DNA of 45,959 nucleotides from Perkinsus olseni (Eukaryota): NCBI GenBank assembly GCA_013115125.1, contig JABANN010000264.1, positions 1 to 45,959 of the forward strand, read 5' to 3'. Shown piece by piece: positions 12,588 to 24,351 of this stretch (position 1 is its first letter; each line of letters starts with the position of its first letter). The notes under the pieces were generated by a model. It saw only the letters and a program-made list of their open reading frames with translations, ran no database searches and was not told where the DNA came from. The position numbers and the translations under genes were made by a program.

Positions 12588-12806
12588 CCCAGCCCTGACT
12601 GAGCATGTTATAGCTCATGCCTGATGGCCATCTGCTTGTTGTTGCTCTTTTGAGATGTTGCTGTCCACTCTCCCCCTCGGTGGGTGCGTCTGGTTACTTC
12701 GTCAATCACCATTTGCGGTTCCCTACCGTCAACGACAGTACTCTTGCTTTTCCGCTCGTGGAGGGAACCTCAGCGTCGTAGTTAATCACCGTCACCCACA
12801 GTATTC

Positions 12807-13799
12807 ATGCTACTGTCGTATACCCCTCTTGCAGCACTTCTAGCCTACTGTACTCAAGGGCTGCTGTCCACCGGTGCTGGTGGCAACGGACCCCTCACTC
12901 CCCAGGTAAGCCTCATTCAGGTTCACTTTGCAGTACTCGCTGTAGGACGCCAACTGGGCGGAGCGCGATGGGGTGTTGGAGGAGGCGCTGTCCTCTCTTG
13001 AAGGCGTTCGCCTGGGCCAAGTGGCTCTCTACGGTGGCGAGGAGTTCAAGACTTGGGTTGAGGTGAGTTGCCAAGTTTGACATTCATATACTCAACTCAT
13101 TTTTCCCTTCCTGTTATACATATCGAGCCAGGCAGTCGTGACGAAGTGGCGAGATCGCTCAGCGAAGGCATTTCGTTTAAGGGTTCCGCGTCGATAAAGT
13201 TTGAGCGAAATAATAATAATAGCAGTGCAATGCACCGCATCAAGATCATCATCATCATCATCATCAATACTCAATCCCACATATCTAATTTCAGGAGGGC
13301 ACTCGAGTATCCTACGTGAAAGAAGGACCACCGGGTGGGGCGTGTGAGGTGTCCGCGAAGACGTGAAGTGGTCTCTTCGGCTACAATATCCTTCCATCGT
13401 CCCGAGGACACCAAAGTTTTGGTTACAACAACCGGTGTGCCGTGCCGTGCTCTGATGACAGCGTGTATAAGGGGTAAGGCTGGGGTGATGCTGAGTCTAC
13501 TCACAGCATCAATGGGAGCGTCACCTTCCTGTGTCAGCGACCTGGATGGTGAAATTCAAGCAGAAAACGCGAACACCGGGAAGAAGTGGCATCTGGCTCG
13601 GGACCCACTGAAGAAGTTGGACATCCTAATGCCCTCTCTGAATACGGAAAGGTGCGGTAGTGCTACCATGTTCATCCTCAACGAGCTGGGCGTGACGGAG
13701 CAGTCCGCGAGTGACCCTTTCAAGCTGCTACATGAAGGACTCTGTGACCTATTCCATCGCGCCAGTGAAGCTGGCGGATCCTCTGCTTCGCCCGAGTGA
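12807..13799 (+). pseudogene. Secreted family copy B, frameshifted
   Basis: Signal MLLSYTPLAALLAYCTQG, KTWVE| donor, final exon ARDPLKKL..C..LGV..PFKLLHEGLCDLF. Third exon has an in-frame TGA (~13363) and a GTGCC duplication (~13437-13446) that shifts frame. Confidence 0.6.
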
Positions 13800-14005
13800 G
13801 AGGCACGGCAGAGCACCCCCACCACGACCACCATCATCAGCCCGTTGAGTGCCTCCTAGTCCTCGTTTTGTGTGCTGTCGTCTTTTCTTATCGTCGTCAA
13901 CAATACCCATGAGATGTTCATTAACGCTGTTATGTACACCCTCGGTGTTACTTTGTCAATTAACTATCTGTTCTTCCCGGAGTGTCAGTTTGAAAAAGGT
14001 CCTTC

Positions 14006-15351
14006 ATGCAGCTTCCGTATCCGCTCACCGTCGCGGTTCTGGTAGCCCGCCTCACACCAGTCCTCTCCAGCGCTCGGAGGGATGCCTGCCAACTGCCCAG
14101 TTTCAAGATGGGAGTTATATCTGCGCCGATTATCCTCTAGGAATTGGTCAGAGTACCGTCACCATTTCAAGCTCGCCCAATGACGATGGATGATCTTCGT
14201 ATGTGGCAAAAAACAGTTGGTGGAGAAGGCGAGCACATCAGCCTTCTCTTCGACGGGAAGAGGATTAAAGTAGATCATCTTGGCTGCCCGGGTTTCCGAT
14301 ACCAACTGTAATGCTTCAACCGTCGCTGCCGCCGGAGGGACACCTCATGCGCTGTTTCCATGTAGGAACAGCAAGAAGGGCCTTATGCGGGTGTCTTCTA
14401 CTATCGGAGAGGCTACAAAACGGACAGACACATTCAGTCGTATTGAAATAGAGTGTGCGGAGACGTGCGAGGATGCGTTTGTGTCCTTGGCAGCCTATCT
14501 CCGTGACATGTTCGAAGTTGAGCTCCCGCCGTCTTATCAAACCCTTCAATACCAATTATGCATTCAGTTCGCTGAAGAGAAGCTCTCCACTTGGATCACG
14601 GTAAGTTGCACTTGGCGGTGCCGGCCTGTTACAATCGCAAGCATCTTGTTTCAGGACCGGACTGATGTCTTCCACTCGAGAGAGGGTACACCAATAGGGG
14701 GCTGCGTTGCGAATGCGGTAGGGGGTGTGTCGCCCCAGATCATCTTCTATCGTCACGGGGACACTGCCTTTCTCAAAAACACAACACAATGCCCCGATGG
14801 TACCACGTATGAGGGGAATAATGAGGCCATCCAGTGGTGTCATCACCGCCAGTCTTCTCAGACCCCACTTTAGTGGGGCGATACGCGCAAAGAACAGAAA
14901 GATGGGACAGCGGTGGAACTTGACACAGGACCCGCTGGCAAAGTTGGAGATCTACTCGCCGCCTCTCGAACCAGTAGCATGCTATGTCGCTACCATGTTC
15001 ATCTTCAACGGGCTGGGCGTGATGGAAAAGCCTGGTGATGATACACCCCCTTTCGACCTCTTACAGAAGGAGATGTGTGACTTGTTCCACCGTGACAGCC
15101 GCTCGGTCGAGAAGACGGACATCCCCACTGTTGCTACTCCCGATACGCGTAATCTGCACACCCGTCGTACAGGAGGGACAATCCCTCCAGTGAAGAAGCC
15201 TGATCATGATGTGGACTACAGGGGCGGCTATAGAATCAATCCGAAGATAACGGCACATGGGATTCAAAAACGTGATGATCGGAAAAAGGAAGATACTGAC
15301 AGGAAGGAGAGGTTGGAGCGCGAAGGGGAGACACGGCAAGGGAAGAAGTAA
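14006..15351 (+). pseudogene. Secreted family copy C; exons open but two intron donors non-canonical
   Basis: MQLPYPLTVAVLVARL..PSFK is homologous to the copy D start; YQTLQYQLC, TPIGGCV, QDPLAKL, PFDLLQKEMCDLFHR. The donors homologous to GT in copies A/D read AT (14109) and GA (14816). Confidence 0.5.
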
Positions 15352-16086
15352 GGGCGTTGCCGAGGGGCCACGGACAATGGTCAAGTCTAACTAAGCTCGA
15401 ATGGCTGTCTTCTATGTCGTCGTCGTTGCTGTTATCATCCCCTCGAATGTAAATTCATCAATAAGCTGTTACATCATGTCTATTGTCATTACTCGGCTTG
15501 CTTCATCAATGACCGGGATTGGTTCCCTTCCTATGGGTTCCTTCTAGTCCCATTATCCAGTATCGACCTAGCCTAGGCGTCCATGAGAGAAGCGGTTTCG
15601 TGCGAGAAGCTCTTCTCTGCTTCTATGATCACGATTCTGTCGCGAGGGAAATTGGCCGCGCAGGGTTTCAGAAGACATCAGCGCGATAGGGCAAAAAGTG
15701 TGTGAAGCTTTGATAACCTAAGTGATCATGTCAGTGTACTTAAGCAAGTAGACAAGTATGAAAGCTCAGCGTAAGAACAACACTGATGAGGCTGTCCACT
15801 GACGTAGACTAGTGTCGTTGAAGATAGGACCTCAGGGTTCCGCAAACCTCACACCCCTTAAGTTCCTCATCTGTGATAGCAGGCTAAACCCGCAGATGGA
15901 GAGTGTAGTAGCGGCAATGTGGGTCGAGCCAGTCGCACCTTGACTGGGGAGAGGGGCAAGCATCACCCTCAGTGTGGCGAGGTTAATATCAAGTATTGTG
16001 ATGAATACCCATCTCCCACATCAGTACCTCTAGAATAGCGCGAGTAACGCTCTCCTACCACATTTCGACCGCATCAGTTGCTGCTC

Positions 16087-17716
16087 ATGTTACCTCTGTA
16101 TCCACTCCTTCTGCTACTGCTGATCAGCCGTTCTGAAGGCTTGTCCAGCGTGGATGAAGTCCGACAGCCGAGTTTCAGGGTAAGTCCCATTTTTGCTGTT
16201 ATCTAGGAGGTTAACCTATTGATACGCCTTCTAGGATACGAGTGACATCACTACTTTGGTGAATACATACGGCACGAAGACTTGCGTCGTGACTCCGAAG
16301 GGAGCTACTGTTGACGATAATGAGAAACTCGTCCTCCGCTTCAATGAGTATCAGAAAAGTCTAAAGACTGAGTCCCTGCAGTGCCCCGGGAAGATTCGTT
16401 ATGAACTGTAACAGTCTCGCCACGCCGGGTGAACTCGCGGACGCTTTCTGTGTTCAGTCAGAAGAAGGGAGATTTCAGGCGAATTATGCCGGATGGGAGC
16501 GATCACAGTATTACTGATTTCCTCGACGATTTTCAGGCAGTTAAGGCGGAGAGCTGCGACGATGCAGTGAAGCAGTTGGCTACCTATTTCCGTCGAGCAT
16601 TCACCTACGATACTCTATCGTCGTACCAGACCCTTCAATACCATTTATGTGTTCGTTACGGTGGCTGGAAGCTGAGAGCATGGGTGAAGGTGAGTCCGGT
16701 CCTCCCTCCTCCGGTGAGCTTTCCAGTTTCCGCTGGATTATCCTCAGAGAGAAGGTCACATGAGCTTGTCGAGTGACAATACACCAACACCGGGCTGTCT
16801 CCTCTACAAGCGGGGCTACATGCTCCATCCTATCACTTTCTACCGTCATCGGGAAACTCGGACTCTAAGGATCCTATCGTTGCCGTGCAGAGACGGGACA
16901 GTCTACAAAGGGTGGTAGTCTGGCACTAACCGCATGTGAAGTGTCCTTGTGTGTAGGGATCTCGATGGAGTTGTCCATGCAAGAAACAGGAGCGAAGGCA
17001 AGGAGTGGGACATGGCTCAGGACCCGCTGGCGGAGTTTAGCGTCCTCATGCCGCCCCTCACTGACGACAGATGCCGGATTGCGGCTTCCTTTATCTTCAA
17101 CGGGCTTGGTGTGATGGAAAAGCCTAATGATGATACTCTCCCTTTCGACCTCTTGCAGAAGGAGATGTGCGACTTGTTCCACCGTGACAGCCGTTCGGTC
17201 GAGAAGACGGACATCCCCAATGTTGCTACTCCCGATCCGCGTAATTTGTACACCCGTCGCAGAGGAGGGACAATCCGTCCAGTGAAGAAACCTGATGATG
17301 GTGTGGACTACAGAGGCGGCTATAAAGTAAAAGTGAAGGCGTCGATACATAAGGGAGAGGAAAAGAGAACTGATGCGCCGGAAGCGGCGAAGGAAGTCGA
17401 TGCGGAGAAGGCGAGGGGCACTCAGGAGGAGGCAGCAACCTCGAGACGCGAAGATGAACCAACAAGGAGCCCGGAGGCATCGGACCGCCGCGGTGAGGAT
17501 GTGGTGGACGCTCCCCGTCCATCAGAGGAATCCAAGCATGTGCTTCACGCCACTGCCCTATCGAAGACGTCGGAAGGTAGCGTGGAGGACGCCACTGGTC
17601 AAACATCGAAGACGGCAAGACGGTCCAAGAGATGGAAGAGCATCCGACGCATGCTCAAAGTCCTCAAGCCTGGAAAGAAGCCTTCCTATTCGCTCACGGT
17701 CTCTTCTCCTCAATAG
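16087..17716 (+). CDS. Secreted family copy D (5 exons, appears intact, long charged C-terminal tail)
   Basis: Signal MLPLYPLLLLLLISRSEG; all exons splice in frame with GT-AG; YQTLQYHLC..WVK|..TPTPGC..FYRH..PCRDGTVYKG|..QDPLAEF..PFDLLQKEMCDLF; basic tail RRSKRWKSIRRMLK. Confidence 0.78.
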
Positions 17717-18140
17717 TCCATCATGTTGTCTCGTGCGCTGTTTATCTATCAACATGCTGTCCTGTGGTGTCTAAAGTGCTCTTCCGACTTGCGTTGGTCA
17801 ATCAGAGTAGATGCCCGGTGATTTGAACGCGTCCGGAGATCATCACAGTCCCCTAGAAATGTCTGCTGCTGCTGCTCACTCAAAGAGGCTGATGGTCGGA
17901 CAGCATCACTGGGAGGTAGGAAGCAGCTCTTTTCGAACTTTGGTCCGCTCGCTCACGATCAATTATTCCCGGAGGAACGGTCCTAGCTCAGTCGAATTAA
18001 CTCACGTGGTTGGGGAGCCCATTCTGAATTCTGCAATCTAAGAAATTCGCCACAGGCGACGACTCAGTCCTGCATAAAATTCAATATTCCCGTCGGCCTC
18101 CCTTCGATGAGCTACAACTCCTTCCCCGCCACCATCAACC

Positions 18141-19110
18141 ATGGGCCTTGGGAGTCATCATCCGTCGCTCGAAGAAGCTCCATCCTGCATCATCAGTTGT
18201 TTCCAGTTTCCACCCTATGTATATCGGCCCATGGCAAGAGCTGGAGTTAGCTTGCCTCCTGGCTCGACATCGTTCTCTCGTCAGCACCCAACGCAGACAG
18301 CAGGAGGACTCAGAGGCCACCCGGTCGAATGACGGCAATACGATCGTTCCATCCGGGACAGACTATCGGATGCTCGACAACTGCAGTAACGACTCTGTTG
18401 CTTCGTCGCTGCTATCACGCTGTTCTCTCAGGTAACGAGTCCGAAGGGATCGTCCTGCCGAGACTGCCCCCTCTCCGAAGGCTTCGGCGCGGAATGACCG
18501 GTCGATGCGATGGTCAGCAGAGAACGACTATGGACTTCGCAGATGCCCCCACCTCCTCGCGTTCGGGAAGAGTGGCCAACGTCTCTATACGATACGACAG
18601 GCTACTCGGCTGCCCACCTCAGGAGCTCCCGCCTGCTTCTCTCCGTGAGCCAAGTATCCTTCCTCACAATCAGCAACAATCATTCTGTGTACCCCAAGTG
18701 TCTTCCCAGGTGCACCACCACCGCCGCCCAGCGACTGTATATTGCCGCAGCTCGTGCCCAGGAGTCGGTAATGCATCACTAAGATAAGCCTATCGGCAAA
18801 CTCACCCCCACGCAGGCGCTGTCGTGCTGGTATCAAGTCACGACCCCTACCGCACCTGCCGACGATAGAGAAGCGACGCCTCCATCTCGAGCGTGTGAGG
18901 AGGGTTTATCTCCGGAAGCCGACCCAACACGTCACGGCGGAGAATGACAATGATGGCCGTCCTTCACCTCGTCCGAGCTCATCACGCCCCTCCAGTACCC
19001 CTAGGCAGGACGATGCTGATCTGGACGACCCCTTGATAGCGTGGAGCGACAACTTAGATATTGACAAGTTGCTGGAGAGCCCTCAGCTGGCCGTGGCACC
19101 CATTGGTTGA
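18141..19110 (+). CDS. Hypothetical low-complexity protein with C-terminal DPLIAWSDNLDIDKLL motif
   Basis: Chain of + strand ORFs; Ser/Pro/Arg-rich with an acidic Trp-containing C-terminal motif. Exon structure uncertain. Confidence 0.4.
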
Positions 19111-19203
19111 CGAACCTGCCTTCTGAGTTGCGTTTAAAGTCCAAGGGAACTGATAACCCAACAGCCATCGTGTTGCATTCACAATTCGCGTGAGCACTCC
19201 ACA

Positions 19204-20518
19204 CTAGCCATTTCGGCAGCATCCACGTGTCGTTGCCGCATGCGTGGGGGTATCCCCGGCACCAAGAGTTATTGGAGTTGTGGTAGGGTTCCCGGACCCG
19301 GCTGTTGAGGACGTCTGCAGCGGCAGCTTCTGGGCGATCGCCTCGAAGAGCGCCACGACATTTTGACCTGCCACTCGCGATCAAGCCTCATTCGAGCAGC
19401 TTCGACTACTACCAGTTTTGGCACTGGTCTGACAGAAAACGAGACCATGAGTGATGGCATACTCTCGCGCAGTGGCAACGGATACTCTGAGAAGAAGAAG
19501 AGGGTCGAGCAGTGGCGGAGGGCGGTCGTCGAACTCCTGATCAGCGACATCCATTTTGTTCGCTGCAAGTGCCACAACGATGTCCGGGTTATTGACCATC
19601 GACAACTGTTTGACCCTGAGGGAGTTCATGAGGCACATCGGTCGCCTAGTAGCCGACTCACCAATCCTGGGCTCTGACAAAGCTTGCCATCGAGGTCTGA
19701 TCGTACACCACTATCGCGCAGGACGCATTACGGTAGTACATCGGGGCCAGGGAACGGAACCTCTCCTGACCTGCTGAGGGCAGCATCTACATCATTGCAC
19801 TCCTATACCTAGTGCTGCGCCACTGGTGACAGCGAATGAGGGGGGATGCTCTAGTGTTTGATCGCTGATTCTATCTTTGCCCGATAAGAAAGAGAAAGGT
19901 GGCGAAGAAAGAGTGGATGCCAGACGACAAACTAGCGTGTTGTGTCCTCAATCAGTCGGCCTTAACAATGCTGTGACCAAGGGCTAGAGATGATGTTCAT
20001 ACGCAAGTGCACTGGCCGGGGGTCGAACCCGGGTCATTCGATGAACAGGCAGAAGTCTTACCCCCTGTACAATAAATTGATTCTGAAATCCAAAATAGAT
20101 TGCAGAATTGATGTTGCAGCGTAGAGTGGAGCGGTTCAAGAACCGATGCTTAATCGTCATGAGCGGTGACACACCACACCTGCAGTATCCCAGATCTCGA
20201 ATTTGATGAGCCTGTTTGAGCCTGGGACCAGCAAGTCTTGTGTGGAGAAGGCCGCTCCGATGGTCGTCTGGACGGTATCCGCAAAGGAGTTGTGAACCTA
20301 CCGCTCGATAGTGAGCAGAGACCAACGAGAAGAACTCCGTGTAAAAACAAGAGAATGATGATGCTCACAAATCGTTGGACGAGTGACGTCTTGCCGACCG
20401 AAGCATCTCTGAGAGGACAACAGCGACAGGTCCACCGCAAAGATGAGGGACTCCCTTCCCACCCTAGCAAGACCAGCTTGTAGCCCTGCTTTCTACTGGG
20501 GGCAGCGCCAACGGTCAT
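19204..20518 (-). CDS. RAB5: Rab5-family small GTPase
   Basis: Spliced: [20 protein letters not shown]|..[34 protein letters not shown]..|..ANKMD..|..[26 protein letters not shown], with a CC prenylation motif. Start could be further upstream (~20593). Confidence 0.92.
20008..20072 (-). pseudogene. Degenerate tRNA (Gly-like 3' acceptor) inside the 409-nt Rab5 intron
   Basis: Minus strand TTGTACAGGGGGTAAGACTTCTGCCTGTTCATCGAATGAC-CCGGG-TTCGACC-CCCGG-CCAGTGC-A: perfect T arm, D-loop-like GGTAAG, broken anticodon stem and lost 5' acceptor strand. Confidence 0.7.
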
Positions 20519-20634
20519 ACCGAAGCAACGAAACTCACCGATAGACGGCACGATTGAGGACTGTGGCAACGCAACACTTCCCCTGTAATACATCAACACG
20601 GACAACAAGGATATGAAAGTCTCGAAAGGGATTA

Positions 20635-23600
20635 GTTAATTTCATAACCGGAGGGCCACGGGTGGGAGTGGTCGTAGTCGGAATACCAAGGCTTGAAGTG
20701 GTTAGAGGTGTCAGTAAGAGGTCTGATAACAGCAGACCAATCACGCTGGACGACTTCGAGGGTTCACCGGTCACCTCGACAAGTGCGAGGGGAAGTATCG
20801 CTCATCAGCTGCTGTGGGGGAATCAAGGCCGTCCGAAACTGAGCGGAGCGATGCTGAGGATACTGAAAGAAGTTGTTGACACCTTTTCCTTGAGGTGAGT
20901 TAACAACGGATTGGGTGGGAGTGGGCAGGTCTAGGGTGATGATGCGCAGCTTGGGCCTCGTCAAGGGTGAGTCAAGTTCATCGAGGGCCATCATCTGCCA
21001 TGCCAGTGCCCACCAAGCATACTAGGGCCGCCGCTACCTCGGTGCTCGTCACGCCGGTCTGCAGTCGCGTCTGCATCTGCGGGTCGTGGGCCGCGGTTCT
21101 ACTTCCCAAAACTGCTTGGCAGCGGGAAAGTTGATTGTCGAACCTAAAAGAGCACCACCCGATCGCATGAGGGTTGGCGAGGTCAGGTCTCACGTGCACC
21201 CTCCGTTGGCTGCGGGTTCCTTCGGCTGTTCTCTCGCGTCTACACCGGCAGGGTCGATCACCTCCGCGGGCCTGCCAGGGAAGCTGCGAGGTGATTGTAC
21301 AGAGATCTTACCGGTCAGTAGACCCATCAGTCTGGCGAGCACGCTGAGCCCGACTCATCTGCAGATCCATGAAATGCTGACCAATGTCCGCACGGCGAAG
21401 ATTTGAAAGATACGTCGTAGTTAAACGGGAGAGGGACCTGAGTCCACCAAAGGCAGCACTCCTTCTGTCACTGTGCAAGCAGCTCATACCTATCGGGACT
21501 GATCGACTGTACCGCAGCGTCCAGGCGACTTCGTTCGCCCCTCACGATAGCCCCGCCTCGAGGGAGTTGGTCGGAGAATAAAACGCCGGACTTCGGTACG
21601 GGCCTGGGAGGACCGAGGCTGACGCGCACTCGATAGAAAAAAAGATACGCAGGTTATGAGCATACAGATTGGCCTCGAGCACGAGCTTCCGTATCTTGCA
21701 TTCGACGAGTAAAAAGAAATTTCTTCCCCCTTCAAAATTTCTCCAGTGGAAACTTACCGTAGCTTGTCCGCATCAAACGGTACGGGTTCGCCGAGTAAAA
21801 CGGCAGAACGAGATCTTGAAATCTTGCTCGACCTTGAGAGCTTCTCAAAGTCGATAAGATATGCCAGTCGGTTCTCTCTGGTGCCTGGCAGGGAGGCTAT
21901 CGGTCGCAGGTGAGCGGCGGCCTACTGGTGGTCATGTCCGCATCGTCGGACGGAGTAAACTTGCTCTCGTGAAGGGCCCGAGAAGCAACATTGGGCCTTG
22001 GCAGCATCCTGAGGTCGAGAGTGCAAGATACGAAACAGGTCGACGGGTGGAACCATAGCCTACTTATCGAATTGGGGTATTCTTATCGACCCCAAGCCGC
22101 CGCCTAGCAGATAAGCGTCACTTGCAGTGCGGCTGAGAGGAGCTCCTCCGACTGCCTTCTTCTGAAAAGCCTCACTAGTCACATCGCGATCGAATATTCC
22201 CGCGCACTGCGAAGGAATCGACCCACCTCCTTCGTAGCGATCAGATAATCATCTTCATCATCATCCCAATCGTCATAGCCGCACAAAGTCACCTTCTTCG
22301 ACTTCGTCTTGTCCAAATTCTGATAATAACAACAATTTCAAAAACTAGTGGACACCGAAGGGCCCCCGGGCTTTCGACGATTGTAAAGTCAGAAGACCCG
22401 AAAGAACATAACACCTTCCCCTCCCACTTTCGAGCTATTGATGGCTTCTGCCCTCTTCTCTATCTTCTCCACTATCGCTCGGTGCCTCGCCGCCTCAAGG
22501 AGTCTCACTCGACCCCTCCGGGTTTCTGATGGCTCCCGTGCGTTGAAGTCGGGGATCTGCATCCGAGGGTCGTCGCCAGCCCGACTCTCGCAGGGAGTCA
22601 CCTTCAACGACGGCCACCGCACTTCATGATTCGGCCTGTAACGTGTGTACTCGGGCACTTCTCTGCTCAGGAGCTCCCGCCTGGTTGCGTTGAGAAATAG
22701 CAAGATTGCAAGATTATGCAAGATACTACCTGAGTCTATCCTCTCTACTCAGCGAAAGAAAAACGGCCGATGACAGCGGTTTGACAGGCGGCTTCGGTTT
22801 CCGCTGTATCGTCACCGGAGCTGGTTTCTTTACATGAACCGTTGCTTCAGCTGCTTTCTTTCTCCTTTCTAAACAGGAAAATATTCCCGGCACAGGGATC
22901 GAACCCGGGTGGAAAAAGAGTGTCTTCAGTCGCGTCGCCCTAACTCTAAAGCGTTCGAAAGAGCCGCTCGGAGCCGGATGGGAAGAGAATCTCCGCTACT
23001 TAAAATTAGAAATCGATTTATCCTTTGCAAGGCCCAGCGGGGAAGGGCTACACCCTCCCCAATGAGATACTAATTGTCGTTCTCTCTTCGTCACGCGCGA
23101 CGTTCCGATCGGAGCTCTTCTGCAGCTGAATCTAACACGTCCATTCAATAGAGTCCACGACGACCCTCATTTCTGATTCACAGGCATGCTGAAATTAGAA
23201 CTCTCCCACTCGTTCTCTGTGCAGCTCTCTCGCGATGCTCTTCCGAGTCCGATCCGCTGCACTTGGTTTCAAAACGATTAATTAGACGATAATTTTGATA
23301 CCACTCCATCCGTTCTTCGCACCCCTCCCCCACCTCTAGCCAATTCATGCCTCCGCAGCAGTGCGTTCATCAGCTCAGTCACCCCCATGTAACGACGCCG
23401 TCGCTTCTTCGACTTCTTCAGTTCCGCAATCGCAGCCGAGGATTGCCCCAGTGATCCCGTCTAAAACGGAGAGGCTGTCATCCTGCCTCTCAAACAAACA
23501 GCTCGTCAGCTCTCCGAAGAAAAATCCGTATTGACTGATACCAGGAAAAAAATTTACGATATAAAAGTATTCTAATAAATGAATATATATTTTCATACAG

Positions 23601-23998
23601 ATTCTCTATTTTCATTAAAATTTTTTATAAAAATTCAGGCTTGTTATGAATCACTAATATAATTGAAACTCCTGCGGAACGCGCCAGGAGCCGTTGTGAC
23701 GAGAAGAAGTGTAAATCGATTAACCGTTTCAGCCGGTTTTATAAAGATATATTTAATTCTATCCCCTCCAAGCTCACTGATTGGGATTTTCGGAGTTGAA
23801 CTTGCTGACGGAGCATGTGGGAGTAGTCGTACCAAGGGTCCACATCGAGTCCTGCGATGAAGAGCTAGAGGTGTCAGTGAAAAATTCACCAATCTCACCG
23901 AGTTGTTTTCGCAGTGCATCGAGCTCAGTGGCGGTCGACTTTCCTATCGCTGAGACCTCCCCTCCTGCGAGTAGGTAATTAGGAGATGACGATGACAT
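20635..23998 (-). CDS. Hypothetical multi-exon protein with repeated F-x-(K/D)-(Q/M/L)-x-x-R motifs, possibly flagellar or microtubule-associated
   Basis: Exons give IPDFNAR, IPQFDK|MLPRP, IDFEKLSRS, LFSDQLPRG, FMDLQMSR, FRFDNQLSR. Both ends are approximate. Confidence 0.45.
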
Positions 23999-24351
23999 GG
24001 ACAGAGTTAACGAGTGCTGATGATGATGATGAATAGTAATAATGCGGTTCATCAGTACATTCACCCATACAGAGGAGTTTTTCAAGACGAGTAGCTCAAT
24101 TTTCGCTATGGAGGATCCACATCGGGGAGTGTCCTCTCCTCTACATCAAAAAGGGAGATGCGGACTACTTGAATGGACGCCATTGTGAGGACTCCGTCGT
24201 CTGTGAATTGGAAGCAGGTACTGCAAGTGAAAAGGCATCCTGAAGTTACCCATGCCCGAAATAATTGACCAAGTCGAATCAGTACAACTGGACGTAAGAA
24301 AAATTACGAGCATGTCGAAGTTAAAAGATACGCGGTAAAAACAAGATACGT

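Noticed and set aside
19350-19364. GCGCCACGACATTTT, similar to the recurrent motif
   Set aside because: Lies in Rab5 coding sequence (QNVVAL); explained by codons.
20535-20774. Possible splicing of the upstream hypothetical gene into Rab5 (fusion)
   Set aside because: A simpler reading ends the upstream gene at TAA ~20635, and Rab5 has its own in-frame ATG; no support without transcripts.
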